Source: an uncultured Pelagibacteraceae bacterium
GTDB taxonomy: Bacteria > Pseudomonadota > Alphaproteobacteria > Pelagibacterales > Pelagibacteraceae
Direction: 5' to 3'
NCBI GenBank assembly: GCA_902541515.1
Contig: CACBRD010000001.1
Coordinates: forward strand, 22,608-86,607
DNA length: 64,000 nt
Position numbers and translations under genes: made by a program. Each line of letters begins with the position of its first letter. Position 1 is the stretch's first letter. The notes beneath the pieces are model-generated. The model was not told the DNA's origin. It did not search any database and saw nothing but the letters and a program-made list of their open reading frames with translations. Below are positions 9,612-20,230 of the stretch, piece after piece.

Positions 9612-10230
9612 GAGCAAAAGTTTTATTATTAAAATAATTATTATCTGTCTACTAACCATTAATGCATATGCAATCGAAAAGATCGTATTATTTGGTGATA
9701 GTTTGATGGCTGGTTATGGTTTGTCTGATGACAATAGTTTACCAGTCGTTTTAGAAGAGAATTTAGAAGCAAAGGGTTATAATATTGAGATTGTTGATGG
9801 CAGTGTTTCTGGTAGTACATCGTCAGGGGGATTAAATAGAGCTGATTGGACTTTGAGTGAGCCAGATATAGATCTAATAATTTTATGCTTAGGGGCTAAT
9901 GACATGTTAAGAGGCATCCAGCCAAAAGAAACAAAAAGTAATTTAGAAAAAATTATAAAAATTGCTCAAGATAAAAATATTGAAATTATCCTAGCTGGGA
10001 TGATTGCCCCAACCTCGCATGGTTTTTCTTATAAAAAAAAATTTGACAAAATTTTTCCTGATCTAGCCAAAAAATTTAAAATTGAGCTTATTCCTTTTTT
10101 ACTTGAGGGAGTGGCTATGAAGCCGGAGTTTAATCTAAGTGATGGTATACATCCAAATGAAAAGGGCACCATAATAATGAGTAGAACTTTAGAGGAGACA
10201 ATTATAAAAACTTACAATAAAAAAAATTAG
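9610..10230 (+). CDS. tesA: arylesterase/acyl-CoA thioesterase I (SGNH/GDSL)
   Basis: FGDSL, GANDMLRG, DGIHPN; signal peptide starting at ATG 9610. Confidence 0.85.
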   Translation: MSKSFIIKIIIICLLTINAYAIEKIVLFGDSLMAGYGLSDDNSLPVVLEENLEAKGYNIEIVDGSVSGSTSSGGLNRADWTLSEPDIDLIILCLGANDMLRGIQPKETKSNLEKIIKIAQDKNIEIILAGMIAPTSHGFSYKKKFDKIFPDLAKKFKIELIPFLLEGVAMKPEFNLSDGIHPNEKGTIIMSRTLEETIIKTYNKKN

Positions 10231-10235
10231 TTTTA

Positions 10236-11240
10236 GTGGAAAAAAAACCTTATCACCATTTACCAGACGGTACTTTTAGAAATCCTGAGGGTTCACCAAA
10301 ACCAGATCCTAATGTTAAATGGTCCTTCAAAATTTTTAATAGAGAGAAAAAAAAGCTTGATATGACAGTTCCCAAAGAACATGTTATTGAAAAAGACAAA
10401 GTTTTATCAGACTTAAAAAAATTTCAAGAAGACGATTATGTAGCATGGATTGGCCATGCAACATTTTTAATTAAGCTTGGTGAAACAACAATTATTACAG
10501 ATCCAGTATTTTCAAAAAATGCTGGACCGCTAATTTTTGGACCTAAGAGATTTACCGAACCAGCACTAAAATTAAACGAAATTCCACAAACAGATATTTT
10601 TTTACTCACCCATAATCACTATGATCATCAAGATATGATGACGATCCAGAGATTTCCTTTTAAAAATTCTAAAGTTTTACTTCCATTAAAACTTGGTAAA
10701 TATTTTACCAGAAATGGTTATAGCAATGTGAATGAAATGGACTGGTATGATAAAATTAAAATAAATAAAAATTTAAAAATTACTTTTTTACCTGCTGTGC
10801 ATTGGTCAAAAAGAAGTCTAACAGATACTAATAAAACTTTATGGGGAAATTTTTTGATCGAATATAAAGATATAAAGTTATTATTTGGTTGTGACACTGG
10901 AATAGGAAATATTTATAAAGATATAGGTAATAAGTATGGTCCAATTGATCTTACATTTATAAATATTGGTGCTTATAATTTTTATCCAATAATGCCTTGT
11001 AAAGATAAGTCGGTTTATCACACTAATCCAGAAGAAGCTTTAGAGGTTGCAAAAAATTTAAAGAGCAAAAAAGTGATTGGAATGCATTGGGGCACGTTTG
11101 TTTTATCCCTAGAACCAATCATGGAGCCACCCGTAAGATTTAAAGCTGGGGCGGAAAAATATGGATTTAAAAAAGAGGATGCAATTATTTATAAAATAGG
11201 TGAATTTGGATCTTTAAAAAAATTACTTGATTATAATTAA
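10236..11240 (+). CDS. MBL-fold metallo-hydrolase (NAPE-PLD/RomA-like)
   Basis: WIGHAT, TDPVFS, THNHYDH, PAVHWSKR, MHWGTF. Confidence 0.8.
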   Translation: MEKKPYHHLPDGTFRNPEGSPKPDPNVKWSFKIFNREKKKLDMTVPKEHVIEKDKVLSDLKKFQEDDYVAWIGHATFLIKLGETTIITDPVFSKNAGPLIFGPKRFTEPALKLNEIPQTDIFLLTHNHYDHQDMMTIQRFPFKNSKVLLPLKLGKYFTRNGYSNVNEMDWYDKIKINKNLKITFLPAVHWSKRSLTDTNKTLWGNFLIEYKDIKLLFGCDTGIGNIYKDIGNKYGPIDLTFINIGAYNFYPIMPCKDKSVYHTNPEEALEVAKNLKSKKVIGMHWGTFVLSLEPIMEPPVRFKAGAEKYGFKKEDAIIYKIGEFGSLKKLLDYN

Positions 11241-11503
11241 TTATCTAAAATTTTCTTTTTAGCTTTTTTAAATTCTTCTTCAGTTAAAACACCATCTTTG
11301 AGAAGTTGATTCAATTTATCTAACTCATCTGTTAACTTATCATTATTATCAGATAAGTTATTCTCACGTTCATGGTCTTCTAAGCTCTCATTGGATTTAT
11401 TTTCTCTTTTGGCCTCAAAGCCTTTCATAATAGCTGTTCCGCCCAAGTAAAGAACAAATGCTAAAATTGGTATCGCTAATCCAAAGAAAATTATTTTTTC
11501 CAC
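11237..11503 (-). CDS. SHOCT-domain membrane protein
   Basis: N-terminal TM helix; C-terminal ELDKLNQLLKDGVLTEEEFKKAKKKIL. Confidence 0.75.
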   Translation of the reverse strand: MEKIIFFGLAIPILAFVLYLGGTAIMKGFEAKRENKSNESLEDHERENNLSDNNDKLTDELDKLNQLLKDGVLTEEEFKKAKKKILDN

Positions 11504-11506
11504 AAT

Positions 11507-11710
11507 TTAATCCTCATCATCTTCTCTCCAATTCTTCTCATACATTAACCATGCAGCATAAATTACTGAAAATGTTCCAACTATCATACCATAATCAAAT
11601 CCAGTTTGTTTATCATATAAATACCAACCTAATTGTGTCGCGCCAATTGGTGGAACTGTCAGTATGAGCATAAGAAGTGCAATTCTATAGGGGTATCTAG
11701 GTTTTTTCAT
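11507..11710 (-). CDS. small two-TM hypothetical protein
   Basis: 67 aa, two hydrophobic segments, acidic tail; fills the gap between co-oriented genes. Confidence 0.65.
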   Translation of the reverse strand: MKKPRYPYRIALLMLILTVPPIGATQLGWYLYDKQTGFDYGMIVGTFSVIYAAWLMYEKNWREDDED

Positions 11711-11747
11711 AACCTATCTTATCAAAAAAAATTTGTGGAATTCAATA

Positions 11748-12593
11748 TTATGCTTGCGATCTTTTGAAACAGTCAATCGTATTTTTTAGCAAGCAAGCGA
11801 TTGTCATTGGACCAACTCCACCAGGAACAGGCGTGAGTGCTTTAGCATTTTTTGAAACTTCATCAAATGCAACATCACCAACGATACCTTTCTCAGTTTT
11901 ATTAATTCCAACATCGATCACTATAGTATCTTTTTTAACCCAATCACCTTTAACTAACTCGGGAATACCAACAGCTGCAATAATAATATCAGCATCTAAA
12001 CACTCTGCTTTTAAATCTTTTGTTTTAGAGTGTGTTATAGTAACAGTGCAATTTTCTTTTAGTAAAAGTTGAGTCATTGGTTTACCATTTAAGTTAGATC
12101 GACCAACAACAACTGCTTTTTTACCATTTAAATTAGGTTCTATCTTTTTAATTAACAAATAACATCCTAATGGTGTACATGGAACAGAACTCTCATAACC
12201 TGATGAAAGATTTCCAACATTCATTGGGTGAAATCCATCTACATCTTTTGATGGGTCAATCGCTTCAATAATTTTTTGTTTATCAATATGTTTTGGTAAT
12301 GGTAATTGAACTAAAATACCTGATACAGAATTATCTTTATTTAATTCATCTATCTTCTCTAAAATAACTTTTTCTTCAACACTATCTGGATATTTAATCA
12401 CATCGGATTTAAGTCCAACTTCGTTAGCAGATTTTTCTTTGTTTCGAACGTAAATCTGACTAGGAGTTAAGTCTCCAATCAAAATTACTGTTAACCCTGG
12501 AACTTTATTATACTTAATTTTAAGATCAGATACTTCCTTTTTAAGCTGTTCCCTTAATAGTGCTGCTTCTTTTTTTCCATCAATTAAAATCAT
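11748..12593 (-). CDS. folD: methylenetetrahydrofolate dehydrogenase/cyclohydrolase
   Basis: YVRNKEK, GILVQLPLP, KDVDGFHP, PCTP, TPVPGGVGPMT; ATG at 12593. Confidence 0.95.
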   Translation of the reverse strand: MILIDGKKEAALLREQLKKEVSDLKIKYNKVPGLTVILIGDLTPSQIYVRNKEKSANEVGLKSDVIKYPDSVEEKVILEKIDELNKDNSVSGILVQLPLPKHIDKQKIIEAIDPSKDVDGFHPMNVGNLSSGYESSVPCTPLGCYLLIKKIEPNLNGKKAVVVGRSNLNGKPMTQLLLKENCTVTITHSKTKDLKAECLDADIIIAAVGIPELVKGDWVKKDTIVIDVGINKTEKGIVGDVAFDEVSKNAKALTPVPGGVGPMTIACLLKNTIDCFKRSQA

Positions 12594-12598
12594 ATATT

Positions 12599-12889
12599 CT
12601 AGAATATCATTGGTGCGATGTAGAGCTTCATACACATTTCTATAAACCAAATCAATAGCAGTAAAATAATTGGAGAAATATCTAACGCTCCCAAATTTGG
12701 TAAAAATCGTCTTATTCTTCTTAAAAATGGTTCTGTCAACCTGTAAGTAAAATCTAAAACTGCATAAACAAATCTATTTTGAGTATTCAATACATTAAAA
12801 GCGATTAACCAGCTGATGATAACATTGGCAATCACTACATACGAATAAAGTTTTAATAATTGTAAAACTAAATAAAAGATAGCAATCAT
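12599..12889 (-). CDS. yggT: YggT family membrane protein
   Basis: ISWL, LTEPFLRRIRRFLP, LDISPI; usual neighbour of folD. Confidence 0.85.
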   Translation of the reverse strand: MIAIFYLVLQLLKLYSYVVIANVIISWLIAFNVLNTQNRFVYAVLDFTYRLTEPFLRRIRRFLPNLGALDISPIILLLLIWFIEMCMKLYIAPMIF

Positions 12890-13971
12890 TTTTTTTCAAT
12901 ATAAATCGAAGAACTTGGAAATGCGAAAGAGGCCTTATTATTTTCAACAATTTGTTTTATTGCAATTGCAAGTTTTTCTTTTACTGAAAGCCATTCGTTC
13001 CAACTATCTGATTTTGTGAAACAACGCACATACATGTCTATAGAACTATCTGAAAACTTATCGACCCTAACTGCAATTCCTATATTAGTGTCAAAATCAT
13101 CACTTTTTTTTATGTGATCTTCAATTTGATCTCTTATATTTTTTAATTGATCAACCGAAGTGTCATATTGAAGAGTAATAATCCAGCTAATTAACCAGTT
13201 TGAAGTTTCACTTACATTTACTACAGCATTTTCTGCAAATTGAAAATTTGGAATTATTGCTAATGATTTATCGAATTTTCTGATTGTTGTTGATCGGAAA
13301 CCAATTTTTTCAACAATACCCTCAATTATTCCATCAACAGAAATCCAATCACCGATTTTAAATCTTTTTTCAACTAATACCAAAATCCCAGAAATTAAAT
13401 TTTTAAACAAATCTTGAGCACCCAATGCAACTGCTACTCCAAACAAACCTAAACCAGCAATAATTGGTCCAATCTTTATTCCCCATAATTCTAAGACTGC
13501 TGCAAGCCCTAGTATGAATATTAATATCTTTAAAGATTTAATAATCCATCCAATGAGTTCTCTTGTTAATAATTTATCAAGACCACTTAAGATATATGAG
13601 ACTGGTTCTATAATTTGATGAATAACCCAAAAAATTAATATGGTTATTAGAGTTCTATTTATAGTATCGACAATTTCTCTACCTTCCATAGAAAATGTCA
13701 TGTAATAACTTGCTATAAAAAAACCTAAAACAATTGGTAAAAATCTTGCAGGACCAATTAAAGATTTTACGAAAGTATCATCTAATTTATTTGTTGTTCT
13801 TTTTGAGATAATTTCTAACTTTTTGATTACAAGTTTACTAATAAGACCTCTGAAAATTAAAAAAATTAAAAAAATTCCTAAACCAATTAATATTTGTAAG
13901 ATATCAACACCTAAAATACCTTTGTTCCATACCGATAGAAATATTTCAGAAAAATTATTAAACAATTCCAT
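12886..13971 (-). CDS. small-conductance mechanosensitive channel (MscS family)
   Basis: AGLGLFGVAVALGAQD, FKIGDWI, VEKIGFRST, IPN, FAFPS. Confidence 0.9.
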   Translation of the reverse strand: MELFNNFSEIFLSVWNKGILGVDILQILIGLGIFLIFLIFRGLISKLVIKKLEIISKRTTNKLDDTFVKSLIGPARFLPIVLGFFIASYYMTFSMEGREIVDTINRTLITILIFWVIHQIIEPVSYILSGLDKLLTRELIGWIIKSLKILIFILGLAAVLELWGIKIGPIIAGLGLFGVAVALGAQDLFKNLISGILVLVEKRFKIGDWISVDGIIEGIVEKIGFRSTTIRKFDKSLAIIPNFQFAENAVVNVSETSNWLISWIITLQYDTSVDQLKNIRDQIEDHIKKSDDFDTNIGIAVRVDKFSDSSIDMYVRCFTKSDSWNEWLSVKEKLAIAIKQIVENNKASFAFPSSSIYIEKK

Positions 13972-13973
13972 AA

Positions 13974-14672
13974 TTAAATTTTATATAACAAAAACTCTTC
14001 TTCTCCAGGATTAAAAAGAAATATTTTTTTCCATTTAATTTCATTCAATATAGATGAAGTTTTCTCGCCAATACACGATAAATTAGTATTCATCCATAAG
14101 CTTTCAAATTGATGATTTTTGACAAAACTCAAAAAACTTTGAGCACTATTCTGTGAATAAATATAAACCATATCAGGCATGTTCAATTTTAAATCTTTTA
14201 CAAAACTTTCATCGAATTTTTGATTATGTTTTACTCTATAATTAATCACTCTTTTTATGCCATAGCCCTCTTTCATGAGTTGTTGATCTAAATCAACAGA
14301 TATAATTTCACCACTGACATAAAGTAACTTTTTACTTTTTGTCTCGTAAGTTTGTAAAATTAACTCTTTTAAATTAGAAACATTACCCTCTGCAGCTATT
14401 GTGTTTTGAAATCCTGATGATCTAGCTTTTTTTTCAGTTAAATTACCAACACAAAAACATTTGATATTTTTGTCTATGTTATTTTGATCTAAATATTTCA
14501 CTGCATTAGCACTGGTAAAAATAATTCCTCCATATTCAGAAAATTTAATTTCCTCATAATTAACCTTTTCAATATTAATCAGTGGGATGTGCGAAACTTG
14601 ATGACCTAATGATTTAAACTTTAAAATCATTTCTGAACAATCTTCCAGTGGTCTTGTTAATAAAATATGCAT
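13974..14672 (-). CDS. hemD: uroporphyrinogen-III synthase
   Basis: ILLTRP, IIFTSANAV, FCVG; directly follows hemC. Confidence 0.9.
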   Translation of the reverse strand: MHILLTRPLEDCSEMILKFKSLGHQVSHIPLINIEKVNYEEIKFSEYGGIIFTSANAVKYLDQNNIDKNIKCFCVGNLTEKKARSSGFQNTIAAEGNVSNLKELILQTYETKSKKLLYVSGEIISVDLDQQLMKEGYGIKRVINYRVKHNQKFDESFVKDLKLNMPDMVYIYSQNSAQSFLSFVKNHQFESLWMNTNLSCIGEKTSSILNEIKWKKIFLFNPGEEEFLLYKI

Positions 14673-14673
14673 A

Positions 14674-15591
14674 TTATTTTTTGTAAGAATTATTTGATTG
14701 CATTTTTAAATTCTGCCCAATTTGTTTACCTATCTCTTTAAATTTATCTATCTGGCTAGATTTCTTTTCATAAAATCTTTGAGAGCCATCTATTGAAAAA
14801 AGTTCTGCCTCAACTACAATTGTATCACTTTCTATTTTTGAATAAACGCCTATTGCTGTTTCACAATCTCCCTCTAAAACTTTGAGGACATTTCTCTCAG
14901 CATGAGCTCTTTTATAGGTTTCTTCATGATTTACTTTTTTTAAAATTGAAATAATTTCTTTATCTGCTTCACGACATTGAAGCGCAATTATTCCTTGTCC
15001 AGCACTTGGTATGATTTCTTGTGCTGAGAAAATTTCAGCTATTTCATTTTCAAGATTTAAATTTTTAATCCCTGCATAAGACAAAATTATTGCATCATAA
15101 TTTCCATCTTTTAGTTTTTTAATTCTAGTATCCACATTACCTCTAATTATTTTGCATGTTAGATCAGATCTTAATTTTTTAATTTGAAATTCCCTTCTAA
15201 ATGAAGATGTTCCTATAATTGATTTAAGCTTAAGATCATTTAATTTTTTCTTGTTATTTGTTATCAAAATTTCTCTTGGATCATTTCTCTCTAAAAAACA
15301 GTCTGTTTTAAGTCCGCTAGTTTCTGTTGCTGGCATATCTTTTAATGCATGTACTGCAATGTCGATACTTTTATTCTCTAACTCTTTTTCAATTTCAGTT
15401 GAAAACAATCCTTTGCCACCTATATCAGATAATCTAGTATCTTTAACTTGATCACCTTTTGTTGAAATAGATTTAATTTCAATATCATTTGTATCTAAAG
15501 TAGTTTTTTTAATAATTTGTTCTTTAGCTTTTTGAGCATACAACAATGCTAATTTACTACCTCTTGAACCTATGATAATTTTTTTAGTCAT
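14674..15591 (-). CDS. hemC: hydroxymethylbilane synthase
   Basis: GSRGSKLAL, GGKGLF, DIAVH-KD, GTSS-RR, RGNVDTR, LEGDC. Confidence 0.95.
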   Translation of the reverse strand: MTKKIIIGSRGSKLALLYAQKAKEQIIKKTTLDTNDIEIKSISTKGDQVKDTRLSDIGGKGLFSTEIEKELENKSIDIAVHALKDMPATETSGLKTDCFLERNDPREILITNNKKKLNDLKLKSIIGTSSFRREFQIKKLRSDLTCKIIRGNVDTRIKKLKDGNYDAIILSYAGIKNLNLENEIAEIFSAQEIIPSAGQGIIALQCREADKEIISILKKVNHEETYKRAHAERNVLKVLEGDCETAIGVYSKIESDTIVVEAELFSIDGSQRFYEKKSSQIDKFKEIGKQIGQNLKMQSNNSYKK

Positions 15592-15647
15592 AAATAAATT
15601 TATTTCTTTCTTGTATTGGAAATGTACAATTATTAAAAACTATTTGT

Positions 15648-16721
15648 ATGAGTAAAAAACCCTTAATTCTTGGAATTGAAACTAGTTGTGATGAAACAGC
15701 TGCCTCAGTTATAACTGAGAATGACCAAGGGAAACCTATAATTTTATCAAACATTGTCTCTAGCCAAACTGATGTCCACAAAGAATTTGGAGGTGTAGTT
15801 CCAGAGTTAGCGGCCAGATCACATATCGAAAAAATAGATTTAATCGTGAAGAAAGCTTTGGATGAAAGTGGAATAAAAATTAAAGATATTGATGCAGTAG
15901 CTTCGACTGCAGGTCCTGGTCTAATCGTTTGTTTGTCAGTAGGCTTAAGCTTTGGGAAAGCTTTTGCCTCTTCAATAAACAAGCCTTTTATAGCTGTAAA
16001 TCATTTAGAAGGACATGCGTTGAGTCCAAAATTAGTTTCAAACTTAAATTATCCTTACCTCCTGCTATTAATTTCGGGTGGTCATTCACAATATTTAAAT
16101 GTTCAAGGTCTTGGAAAATATAAAAGACTAGGAACAACTATTGACGATGCACTAGGTGAAGCTTTCGACAAAACTGCAAAACTTTTAGGAATAGAATTTC
16201 CTGGAGGACCCCAAATCGAGCTTTGGGCAGAAAAAGGTGATCCAAATTCTTATGATCTACCAAAACCTATCATTAATAAGGGTGGTTGTAATTTGTCATT
16301 TGCTGGTCTTAAAACTGCAATCCTGAAGATAAGTAAAACCATTGAAACAGAGCAAGAAAAATTTAATTTGGCAGCTTCTTTTCAAAAAACAATTGAAGAA
16401 ATATTGAAAAAAAAAACCAAAATTGCTTTTAATGAATTTGAAAAACAAAATGATATACAAGATAAAATTTTTGTTGTTGCGGGTGGTGTAGCAGCAAATA
16501 AAAAAATAAGATCTATGTTGATAAACTTGTGTAAAGAAAATAATTATCAAAGTGTTTTTCCACCAATTGAAATATGTGGGGACAATGCTGCAATGATAGC
16601 AATGGTAGGTTTGGAAAAGTATAAATTAAAACTTTTTAATAAACTTGATCATCCAGCAAAACCAAGATGGCCCTTAGATGAAAATGCATTATTTTTAAAA
16701 GGTGCTGGGGTTAAACTTTAA
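15648..16721 (+). CDS. tsaD: tRNA N6-adenosine threonylcarbamoyltransferase
   Basis: GIETSCDET, GGVVPELAARSH, VNHLEGH, DDALGEAFDK, GGVAAN, DNAAMIA. Confidence 0.95.
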   Translation: MSKKPLILGIETSCDETAASVITENDQGKPIILSNIVSSQTDVHKEFGGVVPELAARSHIEKIDLIVKKALDESGIKIKDIDAVASTAGPGLIVCLSVGLSFGKAFASSINKPFIAVNHLEGHALSPKLVSNLNYPYLLLLISGGHSQYLNVQGLGKYKRLGTTIDDALGEAFDKTAKLLGIEFPGGPQIELWAEKGDPNSYDLPKPIINKGGCNLSFAGLKTAILKISKTIETEQEKFNLAASFQKTIEEILKKKTKIAFNEFEKQNDIQDKIFVVAGGVAANKKIRSMLINLCKENNYQSVFPPIEICGDNAAMIAMVGLEKYKLKLFNKLDHPAKPRWPLDENALFLKGAGVKL

Positions 16722-17134
16722 TGCAATATTGGTTACTTAAGTCAGAACCTGACGTTTGGTCAATTGATCAACAAAAAAAAGCTGGTATTAAAGGTGCTCC
16801 TTGGGATGGAGTAAGAAATTATCAAGCTGCCAAAAATTTAAAATCAATGAGAGAAGGAGATCAATGTTTTTTCTATCATTCGAACATAGGAAAGGAAATT
16901 GTTGGTATTGTTGAAGTTATAAAGGAAGCATATTTAGACAAGACAGATAAATCTGGTCGATTTGTTGCTGTTACAGTAAAGTTTCTAAAAAAATTAAATA
17001 AGCCAGTAAGTCTTGAGGATATTAAGAAAAACAAGCAATTAAGCCATTTATCACTTATTAAACAAAGCAGACTATCAGTAATGCCAATAGATTCTAAAAG
17101 CTGGAAAATTTTAAATAACATGGGTAAGATTTAA
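16721..17134 (+). CDS. EVE domain protein
   Basis: [28 protein letters not shown]. Confidence 0.9.
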   Translation: MQYWLLKSEPDVWSIDQQKKAGIKGAPWDGVRNYQAAKNLKSMREGDQCFFYHSNIGKEIVGIVEVIKEAYLDKTDKSGRFVAVTVKFLKKLNKPVSLEDIKKNKQLSHLSLIKQSRLSVMPIDSKSWKILNNMGKI

Positions 17135-17145
17135 AAATAATATTT

Positions 17146-19224
17146 ATGCCTAAAAAGAAGAAAAAATCTAAATCAAGAAAAAAAACCTCAAAAAGAAAGA
17201 AGGTTAAAAAAAGAAAAAAAATTCTTAAAAGAAAAAAAAAGATTAGAAGTAAGATTAAAAAAGTTAAAATTAATAACGAAGGCTCAACTCAAGAACTAAT
17301 TTTTAAACCAAAACCAGAGTGGGTGAAAAGTGGTTTAATTAATAAATCTCAATATCAGAATAAATATACTGACTCTATTAAAAACAATAATGCTTTTTGG
17401 AAAAAAGAAGGAAAAAGGATTACATGGATAAAACCATATAAAAAAATTAAAGATGTGAAGTATAGTAAAGATGAAGTTAAAATAAAATGGTTTGAAGATG
17501 GAACTTTAAATGCCTCTGCTAATTGTATTGATCGACATTTAAAAGATAAAAAAGATAAAACAGCTATAATTTGGGTAGGTGATGATCCTAAGGATACTCA
17601 AAAAATTTCTTATAAACAACTTCATCAAAAAGTTTCAAAAGCAGCTAATGGTCTAAAAAAATTAGGGATACAAAAAGGAGACAGAGTAACAATATATTTA
17701 ACGATGATACCCGAGCTGGCTGTTTTGATGTTAGCTTGTGCAAGAATAGGAGCCATACATTCTATAATATTTGGAGGGTTTTCAGCAGAGTCTATTTCTG
17801 GAAGAGTAAATGATTGTAAATCAGAATACATTATAACAGCTGATGAGGGTGTTAGAGGTGGAAAAACAATTCCATTAAAAGCAACAACCGATGAAGCATT
17901 AAGTAATTGTCCTGATGTTAAAAAATGTATTGTTGTCAAAAGAACAGGAAACTATGTTTATTGGGATGACGACAGAGATGTTTGGTATCATGATCTAATT
18001 AAAGATGTACCAAGTCATTGTGAACCTGAGGAAATGAATGCTGAAGATCCTTTATTTATTCTTTATACGTCTGGATCTACAGGTAAACCGAAAGGTGTAC
18101 TACATACAACGGGCGGTTACATGGTTTATGCTTCCATGACTCATCAATACATATTTAACTATAAGCCTAAAGATATTTATTGGTGTACTGCAGACATAGG
18201 TTGGGTAACAGGTCATAGTTATATTATTTATGGACCCTTATCTAACGGAGCTACTACAATAATGTTTGAGGGAGTACCAAATTATCCGGACAGCTCAAGA
18301 TGGTGGCAGATTGTTGATAAATATAAAGTTAATACTTTTTATACTGCTCCAACAGCTATCAGAGCCCTTATGCGAGAGGGTGATGATCCAGTAAATAAAA
18401 CATCTCGAAAATCCCTAAAATTATTGGGTACAGTCGGAGAGCCTATAAATCCAGAGGCTTGGATGTGGTATTACAAAACAGTTGGAAACTCAAAGTGTCC
18501 AATCGTAGATACCTGGTGGCAAACAGAGACAGGCGGAATTTTAATTGCGCCTCAAACAGGAGCTATACCTTTAAAACCTGGATCAGCAACAAAACCTTTT
18601 TATGGAATTAAACCTGTTCTTGTCGATAAAGATGGAAAAGAAATTAAAGGTGCAGGAGAAGGGAGACTTTGTATAGCTCAGTCTTGGCCAGGCCAAATGC
18701 GAACTGTTTATGGCGATCATCAAAGATTTATTGATACTTACTTTTCTCAATTTGATGGAAAATATTTTACTGGGGATGGGTGCAGACGAGACAAGGATGG
18801 ATATTATTGGATCACTGGACGAGTAGATGACGTAATTATTGTATCAGGACACAACTTGGGTACTGCTGAAATTGAAAGTGCTTTTGTTGCTCATCCTAAA
18901 GTTGCTGAGGCCGCTGTCGTTGGTTATCCACATGACATTAAAGGAAATGGACTATATTGTTACGTAACTTTAAATGCAGGTGAGACTGAAACTGGAGATC
19001 TTGAAAGAGAACTAAAATTATGGGTTAGAAAACAAATAGGTCCATTAGCAACTCCTGACTTGATTCACTTTACTCCAGGGCTTCCAAAAACAAGATCTGG
19101 AAAAATTATGAGAAGAATTCTTAGAAAGATTGCAGCAAATGAACATGGTCAATTAGGTGACACTACTACTTTAGCTGATCCAAGTGTTGTTGATAGTTTA
19201 GTTGACAATAGAAAAAATACTTAG
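17146..19224 (+). CDS. acs: acetyl-CoA synthetase with Lys/Arg-rich N-terminal extension
   Basis: [39 protein letters not shown]. Confidence 0.95.
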   Translation: MPKKKKKSKSRKKTSKRKKVKKRKKILKRKKKIRSKIKKVKINNEGSTQELIFKPKPEWVKSGLINKSQYQNKYTDSIKNNNAFWKKEGKRITWIKPYKKIKDVKYSKDEVKIKWFEDGTLNASANCIDRHLKDKKDKTAIIWVGDDPKDTQKISYKQLHQKVSKAANGLKKLGIQKGDRVTIYLTMIPELAVLMLACARIGAIHSIIFGGFSAESISGRVNDCKSEYIITADEGVRGGKTIPLKATTDEALSNCPDVKKCIVVKRTGNYVYWDDDRDVWYHDLIKDVPSHCEPEEMNAEDPLFILYTSGSTGKPKGVLHTTGGYMVYASMTHQYIFNYKPKDIYWCTADIGWVTGHSYIIYGPLSNGATTIMFEGVPNYPDSSRWWQIVDKYKVNTFYTAPTAIRALMREGDDPVNKTSRKSLKLLGTVGEPINPEAWMWYYKTVGNSKCPIVDTWWQTETGGILIAPQTGAIPLKPGSATKPFYGIKPVLVDKDGKEIKGAGEGRLCIAQSWPGQMRTVYGDHQRFIDTYFSQFDGKYFTGDGCRRDKDGYYWITGRVDDVIIVSGHNLGTAEIESAFVAHPKVAEAAVVGYPHDIKGNGLYCYVTLNAGETETGDLERELKLWVRKQIGPLATPDLIHFTPGLPKTRSGKIMRRILRKIAANEHGQLGDTTTLADPSVVDSLVDNRKNT

Positions 19225-19844
19225 AAACCTAATCTTTCTTTAAATTCCTTTTTAACAACATCCCATTTGAGAATGACTGAATTTAAAACTATTTTACGAT
19301 CTAAAGTTTTTAGCTCCTCAGCAATTGGAGCCCACTTATATAAAGATAATGCACTAGGATTAAAAGGGAGATCACTATGATAAGTATCCCAATTCATTTT
19401 CTCAAATCTTTCATCAAAATTTTTTTTGGTGTTTTCGATAATATCTAAAGGCATTTTGTTTGAAATTTCATCATCTAGAATTTTAAAAAAAATTTCTTTA
19501 GCCCTATTGGTATCTTCATAGTTTGTAGTTGCTTTTAAATAAGAGAAGGTAAAAAACGTAAGATCTTGCAAAGCCACAGCATAGATATTCCACTTAGCTA
19601 AATTAACTGACTTCATAAATTCATCATTTTCAAAATGAAGAACATACCTAGTGCCCATCCTGGTCTTTAAATAACCATACAAAGTAACTTGTGACACCCA
19701 AGCTGATTTTGTTTGAATAAAATCCTCTAATTCATCTAATGACTTTATTTTTTTTTTAGGGATAAATGCCTTAAAAAGGGCAAATAGATAGATCTTGAAG
19801 TCCCTCAAGGTAAGATCTTTCCAGGTAAGTTTATATTTTCCCAT
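19221..19844 (-). CDS. hypothetical protein between acs and the acetate permease genes
   Basis: 207-aa ORF with [13 protein letters not shown]; no family recognised. Confidence 0.7.
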   Translation of the reverse strand: MGKYKLTWKDLTLRDFKIYLFALFKAFIPKKKIKSLDELEDFIQTKSAWVSQVTLYGYLKTRMGTRYVLHFENDEFMKSVNLAKWNIYAVALQDLTFFTFSYLKATTNYEDTNRAKEIFFKILDDEISNKMPLDIIENTKKNFDERFEKMNWDTYHSDLPFNPSALSLYKWAPIAEELKTLDRKIVLNSVILKWDVVKKEFKERLGF

Positions 19845-19969
19845 AAAATAAGCTATTTTTGATAGTTATAACCCATAAATCGGACTAATTTGAGCAATTT
19901 TAACACTTTAAATCTCTTAGATAATGGTTATGGTTTTTGCCAGTTATAACTAAAAAGAGAGAGGTATAA

Positions 19970-20230
19970 ATGTCAAAACAAGAACAACACTGGGAAAAAT
20001 CCAGAGGTTTGCTATTCATGACACTAGCAATCTGGTTTGTATTCTCAATTGGCATCTTCTTATTCGGGGCTGAAATGAATGAAGTTACGGGACCATTTGG
20101 TTATCCGTTAACTTATTGGTTCACTTGTCAAGGTTCTCTTGGTGCTTTCGTAATCCTAATTTTCTGGTTTGCGAACAGGCAGGAGAAAATTGATGAAGAG
20201 TTCGGCTTCTCAGAAAGAGGGGATGACTAA
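19970..20230 (+). CDS. DUF4212-type small subunit of a solute:sodium symporter
   Basis: Two TM segments, GYPLTYWFTCQGS, IDEEFG; purine-rich RBS upstream; abuts the SSS gene. Confidence 0.85.
   Translation: MSKQEQHWEKSRGLLFMTLAIWFVFSIGIFLFGAEMNEVTGPFGYPLTYWFTCQGSLGAFVILIFWFANRQEKIDEEFGFSERGDD

Noticed and set aside
9421-9659. Long N-terminal extensions of tesA and ybbA in the ORF track (similarly folD, hisE, secB, ybbP, CRTAC1)
   Set aside because: They arise from upstream TTG/GTG/ATG codons inside neighbouring genes; the downstream ATGs give normal N-termini or signal peptides
15648-17134. tsaD-EVE coupling as a new system
   Set aside because: Already a known alphaproteobacterial neighbourhood and has no additional partner genes here
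17146-17268. Poly-A tracts as phase-variation or frameshift sites
   Set aside because: A/T homopolymers occur throughout this AT-rich window and all frames are intact; they are explained by Lys codons
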